IMG/VR virus record: IMGVR_UViG_2718217897_000001
Span: 1 to 45,266 of that record
DNA from: a virus
Lineage: Duplodnaviria; Heunggongvirae; Uroviricota; Caudoviricetes
Reading direction: 5' to 3' (one strand)
DNA: 45,266 bases
A program made the position numbers and the translations under genes. Below are positions 38,579 through 45,266 of this stretch, one piece after another; position 1 is the stretch's first letter; every line of letters starts with the position of its first letter. Below the pieces are notes generated by a model. It made no database searches. It saw only the letters and a list, made by a program, of their open reading frames with translations, and was not told the origin of the DNA.

Positions 38579-39019
38579 ATGAATCGTTTTGTGTTCAGTC
38601 CATCTGAGTCCCGTTTTTATGCCATCGAGTGGCAGGCTGATTATGTTGATAATAATTGTTGGCCACATGATGCCATTAACGTTAGTGACAGCATTTATTA
38701 TGAGTTTTCCGGCACTCCCCCTACAGGTAAGCAACTTATAACTTTAAATAACATGCCAGCATGGGGTGATATTCCTCCACCTACACGAGAAGAATTAATT
38801 GTCGCTGCTGATGTGGAGAAGCAAAAAAGAATAGATTTAGCCAATGATTACATGAACGGTAAGCAATGGCCTGGTAAAGCAGCTATTGGTCGTCTGAAAG
38901 GTGAGGAACTGGCACAATATAATTTGTGGCTGGATTATCTGGACGCACTGGAGCTGGTCGATACCGCCAGTGCGCCAGATATTGAATGGCCTACGCCTCC
39001 GGCAGTTCAGGCCAGATGA
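38579..39019 (+). CDS. tail fibre assembly protein
   Basis: 146 aa, conserved C-terminal WPTPP-type motif. Confidence 0.7.
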   Translation: MNRFVFSPSESRFYAIEWQADYVDNNCWPHDAINVSDSIYYEFSGTPPTGKQLITLNNMPAWGDIPPPTREELIVAADVEKQKRIDLANDYMNGKQWPGKAAIGRLKGEELAQYNLWLDYLDALELVDTASAPDIEWPTPPAVQAR

Positions 39020-39593
39020 CATCCGGCGCGGTGCTGGTATCTGTTGCCGTCACCGCGTCAATGTAATCCAGCACAGTGTTAAGGCTGGTTGTTTCTGCCT
39101 GCGTCAGTTTACGTCCGGCCTGCAATTTCAGCTGAATCAGACTGATTGAAGCCATTGCAGTATCAATCAGTGACTGGCGCTGTGCTTCTGCTGCATCTAC
39201 TGCGGCGCTATGCTGTGCTTCGGTATCCGTCACCCATTTCTCACCATCCCATTTATCGTATGGCGTTAACGGGGCGATAGTGGTTGTATTATCAGGGTAA
39301 TCACCCGGAACTGTGATTTCTTTTGATTCTCCTGTTTCGGTGCTAAAGACGATTTCACCGCGATGGTCTGGCACATATTCCCATGAGTTAAAATCTACAG
39401 ATCGGCAGATTGCATAACCAGCTTTGTATGTGCCAGGGGCATCTAAACAGGAATATGCAGGGATACCGACACCAACGGCAAGATATTCAGTTGATGTGGA
39501 AATATATTCCCGTGTTTCGCCATCATAGTTATAGACGGTAATATTCCCCGCCTTTGTAGCAATAAACTCGCTATTTAATACAGCGTTATCCAT
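38991..39593 (-). CDS. alternative tail fibre assembly protein (inverted set)
   Basis: 200 aa, C-terminal VIWPELP motif. Confidence 0.7.
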   Translation of the reverse strand: MDNAVLNSEFIATKAGNITVYNYDGETREYISTSTEYLAVGVGIPAYSCLDAPGTYKAGYAICRSVDFNSWEYVPDHRGEIVFSTETGESKEITVPGDYPDNTTTIAPLTPYDKWDGEKWVTDTEAQHSAAVDAAEAQRQSLIDTAMASISLIQLKLQAGRKLTQAETTSLNTVLDYIDAVTATDTSTAPDVIWPELPEA

Positions 39594-40093
39594 TATGCAG
39601 CCCTCACGATATAGTTAAATGCAATATTCCGTGGACGGGTTTCATTTATCCCATATGCTGTTGTTCTCTGATTCCCGACAAAATATCCATTTGGATTAGA
39701 AGATACAGAATAATCATCAAAATCAAGTGGGCTATCAGCACCCGGCGTCAGGCTTGCAATATATCCTCTTCCCATAACTTCTGATGCTGGTATTTCTTTT
39801 GTACGATAATCACTAACTCTGAAGAGCTGCCCTTGGTGGGTGTGTGATTCCACTCCTCCATTCTGAAGACTTAGCAAGGCACGTACAGCATCAATACCAC
39901 GCCCGTCATCCCAGCCACGAATAAACTCACCACGTAAATCAGGCAATTTATTTGTCGGATAAGCCTTTGCCAGTTCCGGGTATTCTTCAGCAGAAAAAGC
40001 GGCACCGTTGCATTTCAGCCAGCCTGTTGGCGGAGTGGCTGAAGGCCACGGAACAGGCACCCCAACCGGTAATGCAGAGCCTTCTCCCAAACC
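39593..40093 (-). CDS. alternative tail fibre C-terminal segment, silent in this orientation
   Basis: ORF runs up to the right crossover site and has no independent start. Contains the receptor-binding-tip-like PVGVPVPWP ... GWLKCNG motif. The NVGLGEGS junction is compatible with fusion after ENLGL of the constant part. Confidence 0.65.
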   Translation of the reverse strand, partial: GLGEGSALPVGVPVPWPSATPPTGWLKCNGAAFSAEEYPELAKAYPTNKLPDLRGEFIRGWDDGRGIDAVRALLSLQNGGVESHTHQGQLFRVSDYRTKEIPASEVMGRGYIASLTPGADSPLDFDDYSVSSNPNGYFVGNQRTTAYGINETRPRNIAFNYIVRAA

Positions 40094-40106
40094 AACGTTT
40101 ATGAAA
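40081..40106. repeat. invertase crossover site, right
   Basis: ttctcccaaacc-aa-cgtttatgaaa, in inverted orientation relative to the left site. Confidence 0.55.
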
Positions 40107-40161
40107 ATGCAGAAATAACGAGCAAATGGCATCATTCCTGCTTTTGTCAGAGGGATCCACT

Positions 40162-40716
40162 ATGCTTATTGGCTATGTACGCGTATCAACAAATGACCAG
40201 AACACCGATCTACAACGTAATGCGTTGAACTGTGCAGGATGTGAGCTGATTTTTGAAGACAAGATAAGCGGTACAAAGTCCGACAGACCAGGACTGAAAA
40301 AGCTGCTCAGGACATTATCGGCAGGTGACACGCTGGTGGTCTGGAAACTGGACCGACTGGGACGCAGTATGCGGCATCTTGTCGTGCTGGTGGAGGAGTT
40401 GCGCGAACGAGGCATCAACTTTCGTAGTCTGACGGATTCAATTGATACCAGTACCCCAATGGGGCGCTTTTTCTTTCATGTGATGGGTGCCCTGGCTGAA
40501 ATGGAGCGTGAACTGATTGTTGAACGAACAAAAGCTGGACTGGAAGCAGCTCGCGCACAGGGACGAATTGGTGGACGTCGCCCCAAACTTACACCAGAAC
40601 AATGGGAGCAGGCCGGACGATTAATTGCATCAGGCGTTCCTCGCCAGAAGGTGGCGATCATCTATGATGTTGGTATATCGACACTGTATAAGAAGTTTCC
40701 GGTCGGAGATAAATGA
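40162..40716 (+). CDS. pin: Pin/Gin/Hin-family serine DNA invertase
   Basis: MLIGYVRVSTNDQ N-terminus with catalytic Ser. 184 aa from the ATG at 40162. C-terminal HTH. Confidence 0.9.
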   Translation: MLIGYVRVSTNDQNTDLQRNALNCAGCELIFEDKISGTKSDRPGLKKLLRTLSAGDTLVVWKLDRLGRSMRHLVVLVEELRERGINFRSLTDSIDTSTPMGRFFFHVMGALAEMERELIVERTKAGLEAARAQGRIGGRRPKLTPEQWEQAGRLIASGVPRQKVAIIYDVGISTLYKKFPVGDK

Positions 40717-40736
40717 AACCGTAGCACGTCGTATGC
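40715..40736. repeat. direct repeat copy 1 flanking the GIY-YIG gene
   Basis: gaaaccgtagcacgtcgtatgc, compared with gaaaaccgtaggcacgtagtatgc at 41738-41761. Confidence 0.5.
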
Positions 40737-40776
40737 AAGAAGATCGTGCTGCGGTTTATGCTTATCACTTAAAGAC

Positions 40777-41646
<870 letters not shown>

Positions 41647-41737
41647 CTAAGCCTTTGAATTTATATAGTACAAAAAAGATACTTTTCCTCATAATGTGAA
41701 TTAATTTTATGTTTCGTTTGATGATTGGACCGGTCTC

Positions 41738-41761
41738 GAAAACCGTAGGCACGTAGTATGC
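41738..41761. repeat. direct repeat copy 2 flanking the GIY-YIG gene
   Basis: See copy 1; about 21 of 24 positions shared. Confidence 0.5.
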
Positions 41762-41953
41762 GTTAATTTATGAGCAAACTACTTGTCTGCTGTTTTTCTG
41801 TCATTAGTCGTATATAGAATGATTCTCTATGCCTAACAAAGCATCACTAGTGCTAGATTACGTTGTAGTCACTGTTTAAATATCCAGACAAAACATTTCC
41901 TTCTGGGTTGAATGAGTGATAGAGTTTCACCCATTAGACCCCTTGGAGGAATT

Positions 41954-43387
41954 ATGTCTGAATTTGAAGTGTTGGCACAGCATCTGCTGAAGGAAGCCGA
42001 GGCGGAAGAAAAGCTGCGACAGGAAAATGATAAAAAGCTTATCGAGAAAGTGCTGGAAATCTATGATCAGAAGTATGTGGCTGAATTACTGAGAAAAGTC
42101 GGAAAAAATGAGTGGAGCCGTGAAACCATTAACCGCTGGATTAATGGCAAGTGTTTACCAAAATCGTTGACGTCAGTAGAAGAGTCTCTTCTGCGTAAGA
42201 TGCTACCAGAACCACCTGCAAACCATCCGGAATATGCTTTCCGCTTCATTGACTTATTTGCTGGAATTGGAGGGATACGAAAAGGTTTTGAGGCTATTGG
42301 AGGCCAGTGTGTTTTTACCAGTGAATGGAATAAAGATGCTGTGCGTACATACAAGGCCAACTGGTTTAACGATGAACAGGTGCATAAATTCAATCTCGAT
42401 ATTCGGGAAGTCACGTTGAGTGATAAAACCGATGTATTGGAAACGGATGCTTATGCATATATTGATGAGCATGTGCCGGATCATGATGTGCTTCTTGCGG
42501 GGTTCCCGTGCCAGCCATTTAGTCTTGCTGGTGTTAGTAAGAAAAACTCACTTGGCCGTGCGCATGGTTTTGAATGTGAAGCACAAGGAACACTTTTTTT
42601 TGACGTGGCACGTATTATACGAGCAAAAAAACCGGCAATTTTTGTGCTGGAAAATGTCAAAAATCTGAAGAGCCATGATAAGGGTAAAACTTTCAAAGTC
42701 ATTATGGAGACCCTTGACGAGCTGGGCTACGAAGTTGCCGATGCTGCAGAAATGGGAAAAAACGATCCAAAGATTATCGATGGGAAGCATTTTTTGCCTC
42801 AGCATCGTGAACGCATTGTTCTGGTCGGATTTAGACGAGATCTGAATATTCACAAGGGGTTTACCTTGCGTGATATCAGTCGTTTTTATCCGGAACACCG
42901 CCCATCATTTGGTGAATTGCTGGAGCCTGTAGTCGACAGTAAATATATACTTACGCCAAAACTATGGGAGTACCTTTATAACTACGCCAAAAAGCATGCA
43001 GCCAAGGGGAATGGTTTTGGCTTTGGGTTGGTCAATCCTGAGAATAAGGAAAGCATTGCACGCACACTTTCTGCCAGATATCACAAAGACGGATCAGAAA
43101 TTCTTATTGATCGTGGTTGGGATATGGCAACGGGAGAGGCTGACTTTATGAATGAGAGTAATCAGGCTCGTCGACCACGCAGGCTGACTCCCCGAGAGTG
43201 CGCACGCCTTATGGGATTTGAAAAACCTGGAGGGAAACCATTCCGTATTCCGGTTTCAGATACTCAGTCATATCGGCAGTTCGGTAACTCAGTTGTGGTG
43301 CCAGTATTTGAAGCTGTTGCCAGACTTCTGGAACCCTATATCCTCAAAGCTGTTTCTGCTGATGCTGGTAAGACTGGGCAGCCTTGA
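41954..43387 (+). CDS. DNA cytosine-5 methyltransferase, Dcm/M.EcoRII-like (CCWGG specificity inferred)
   Basis: Motif [18 protein letters not shown], motif [13 protein letters not shown], motif [11 protein letters not shown], motif [12 protein letters not shown]. Near-collinear with E. coli Dcm as recalled. ATG at 41954 after GGAGGA; the track ORF starts at 41912. Confidence 0.85.
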   Translation: MSEFEVLAQHLLKEAEAEEKLRQENDKKLIEKVLEIYDQKYVAELLRKVGKNEWSRETINRWINGKCLPKSLTSVEESLLRKMLPEPPANHPEYAFRFIDLFAGIGGIRKGFEAIGGQCVFTSEWNKDAVRTYKANWFNDEQVHKFNLDIREVTLSDKTDVLETDAYAYIDEHVPDHDVLLAGFPCQPFSLAGVSKKNSLGRAHGFECEAQGTLFFDVARIIRAKKPAIFVLENVKNLKSHDKGKTFKVIMETLDELGYEVADAAEMGKNDPKIIDGKHFLPQHRERIVLVGFRRDLNIHKGFTLRDISRFYPEHRPSFGELLEPVVDSKYILTPKLWEYLYNYAKKHAAKGNGFGFGLVNPENKESIARTLSARYHKDGSEILIDRGWDMATGEADFMNESNQARRPRRLTPRECARLMGFEKPGGKPFRIPVSDTQSYRQFGNSVVVPVFEAVARLLEPYILKAVSADAGKTGQP

Positions 43388-43421
43388 GAACACCTCCCGG
43401 CCTTTTAAGCCGGGAGTCAGC

Positions 43422-44636
43422 CTATGATAGTTCAGCGTAAAGCTCTATCAGCTCAGTAATGAATGCTCCGAGCGTTATTAATTCTTCTCTAACTGCTTCT
43501 GGGTATTTTTTATGTAAAGTTGATGGTACAACGAGTCTGACACCCGCATCTTTCATTTCTCGGTATTGTGCTGAAGAAACACCTTCTTGCAGTGTAAATA
43601 AATGTACCTGATGGATTTTATCTGCTTCATTCAGTATCTGACGCCAGCGATCTTTGCAGGTGGTCTTTACTGCCAGCATACGTAAGTTTTCTACAGGAAA
43701 TTCAACGTTATGATATGCCTCTGCTGAAGGAAACAGGAAATCTGGTTTTTTATTACCTTCAGTAACTGCCTGAGTGGAGAAATGCCGTAGTCCGTGCTCG
43801 ATAAAAAGCTTCTCTAGGTGAAGTTCAAGTGATTTGCCTGCCCTTGATTTACGTCGATTACTGACAGAGTTGGCTAATGCAATAAACTCATCTACAGAAT
43901 CGAATCCTTTCTTAATAATATCAAGAACATGTAATTCCTCGACGAGTAGAAAAATATCATACTCGACACGCCGACGGTCAATCAGTTGCTCATCTGGATC
44001 CTTGGAGTTTTTAGCATAATGGCCAGCAGCATATTGAATAATTTCGTTTCCAGAAGGAAAACGCTTCTTCCAGTCTTCAGGAATAACATATTTATGATTT
44101 ACTGGAGTTTGCTGAAGAGATAATCCGCCCAAAATTTGTCCGGCAGGGCCGGAAATTAGGGTTCCAGGTATGATTTCGCCAATAGCAGACTCGATGATAT
44201 CCTCTTCATCGGGATTGACGCAGACCCATATATCTACCTCGGAACAGTCAGTGTTCTGTTCGTTTAACCTGAAAGCAAGAATTGTGAGAGCTCCTGTATT
44301 TTCAGGGTTCTGTAATGGACTTCCTCTCCCCCAGCGCGTAATTCTTTTTTCGTTTCGGGTCTTACCAAAATAACGGTTGTTGTAATAAATTGCGCGTGCT
44401 TGGGTATCTGGGCAATCATGGGATGATACATGCGCAGTAAGGAAGACTGAAGGGTTCAGTTCGCGAGTATGATTGATAGATGGAAAAAGCTTTTCAACGA
44501 TATTTGAGGGGATATAAAGTCCGACCTGATGGCCACCTGTTGCGCCAGTGTCGTTTGCAGAAAGGCGTTTGATGTAGATAAAGTAATTCCCGCTTGCGAT
44601 ATCAAGCAGCCAGTTATGAAAAACCGACATATACAT
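43422..44636 (-). CDS. EcoRII-like type IIE restriction endonuclease
   Basis: 404 aa, convergent with a Dcm-like methyltransferase, which is the known EcoRII R-M arrangement. Sequence resembles EcoRII as recalled. Confidence 0.7.
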   Translation of the reverse strand: MYMSVFHNWLLDIASGNYFIYIKRLSANDTGATGGHQVGLYIPSNIVEKLFPSINHTRELNPSVFLTAHVSSHDCPDTQARAIYYNNRYFGKTRNEKRITRWGRGSPLQNPENTGALTILAFRLNEQNTDCSEVDIWVCVNPDEEDIIESAIGEIIPGTLISGPAGQILGGLSLQQTPVNHKYVIPEDWKKRFPSGNEIIQYAAGHYAKNSKDPDEQLIDRRRVEYDIFLLVEELHVLDIIKKGFDSVDEFIALANSVSNRRKSRAGKSLELHLEKLFIEHGLRHFSTQAVTEGNKKPDFLFPSAEAYHNVEFPVENLRMLAVKTTCKDRWRQILNEADKIHQVHLFTLQEGVSSAQYREMKDAGVRLVVPSTLHKKYPEAVREELITLGAFITELIELYAELS

Positions 44637-44710
44637 CCCTTTGTTAGCATACAGTCAGGGTTAACATTTTTCCATAGTTATAGATAAGCGGCTAGGAACT
44701 TAAGGGAAAA

Positions 44711-44740
44711 ACAAAAAGCCCGCATAAGCGGGCTTTTGTG
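44711..44740 (-). terminator. bidirectional rho-independent terminator between ssrA and the prophage
   Basis: agcccgc ataa gcgggct stem-loop with T-runs on both sides. Confidence 0.6.
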
Positions 44741-44864
44741 TCACTCGGGAGCCGCGGCTCCTTTGCGTATCCTTTTTTGTCTCCTCACCGTCTGGTCAGT
44801 GTCCTGCTGAGACTGCTAACTTCCTGTTTTTGTTGGTGTTGTCCTTACACCGTCCAATCATGAT

Positions 44865-44900
44865 TGGTGGAGCTGGCGGGAGTTGAACCCGCGTCCGAAA
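44865..44900 (-). repeat. attachment-site repeat within the ssrA 3' end (attL)
   Basis: Matches 4122-4157. Confidence 0.85.
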
Positions 44901-45227
44901 TTCCTACATCCTCGGTACTACATGCTTAGTCAGTCTTTATATTCGCTTGCCAGCTGCGGACGGACACGCCACTAACAAACTAGCCTGATTAAGTTTTAAC
45001 GCTTCAACCCCAGGCAGGGCTTCCACGCGATCTCTTTTGGGTTTGACCTCTCTTGATCCCCGTCCTAAGAGCGGAGGCTAGGGAGAGAGGGCTCTAAGCA
45101 GGTTATTAAGCTGCTAAAGCGTAGTTTTCGTCGTTTGCGACTATTTTTTGCGGCTTTTTACGAGGCCAACCGCCCCTCGGCATGCACCTTGGGTTTCGCA
45201 AATCCCGTCGAATCCAGAATCAGCCCC
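44865..45227 (-). ncRNA. ssrA: tmRNA (SsrA), intact, 363 nt
   Basis: Reverse complement begins GGGGCTGATTCTGGATTCGACGGG and ends CCCGCCAGCTCCACCA. Encodes the ANDENYALAA tag region (gcaaacgacgaaaactacgctttagcagcttaa). Confidence 0.97.
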
Positions 45228-45266
45228 AATGTGTAAAGGTAAGTATACCAGATTTATGAGCGCCAT

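Larger units (their letters stand above)
38268..40093. mobile_element. Pin-invertible tail-fibre segment (G/P-segment-like)
   Basis: Two inversely oriented crossover sites enclose convergent tail-fibre C-terminus and assembly gene sets. Invertase gene immediately adjacent. Confidence 0.75.

Noticed and set aside
41912-41953. Longer N-terminal start for the methyltransferase (ATG 41912)
   Set aside because: The downstream ATG at 41954 has a GGAGGA Shine-Dalgarno and yields a protein collinear with Dcm. The upstream start is retained only as an alternative.

Overview
This window looks like an Escherichia/Shigella-type chromosome at the ssrA (tmRNA) locus carrying two mobile elements in tandem. 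Gene calls rest on reading the supplied ORF translations, motif recognition and recalled family knowledge; no database search was run. (1) Positions 1-4120 are the edge of an older island: a ParB-like protein, a large serine recombinase and a P4/IntA-type tyrosine integrase sitting next to a displaced copy of the ssrA 3' end. (2) Positions ~4122-44900 are a ~40.8 kb, apparently complete temperate prophage bounded by direct repeats of the ssrA 3' end. It has its own integrase and excisionase, a CPS-53-like early-left module, a CI/Cro immunity region with shared operator repeats, a replication initiator with internal iterons, Dam methyltransferase, RusA, KilA-N, DUF968, antiterminator Q, a lambda-like lysis cassette, HNH plus terminase, an HK97-type head module, a Mu-type contractile tail and baseplate, and an e14-like Pin-invertible tail-fibre segment. 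(3) An intact ssrA lies at 44865-45227. The accessory cargo is the part worth a second look. The strongest candidate for an undescribed or cryptic system is an AT-rich, opposite-strand two-gene operon (multi-pass membrane protein plus a 294-aa protein) at the Q-lysis moron site, 16824-18235. Other cargo: a membrane-anchored gene between attR and int (4187-4966), a self-contained orphan gene after the lysis cassette (20087-20593), and a right-end defence island after pin holding a GIY-YIG-domain protein flanked by direct repeats plus an EcoRII-like restriction-modification pair. A ~430-bp GC-rich structured non-coding stretch in the early-left operon is also unexplained.
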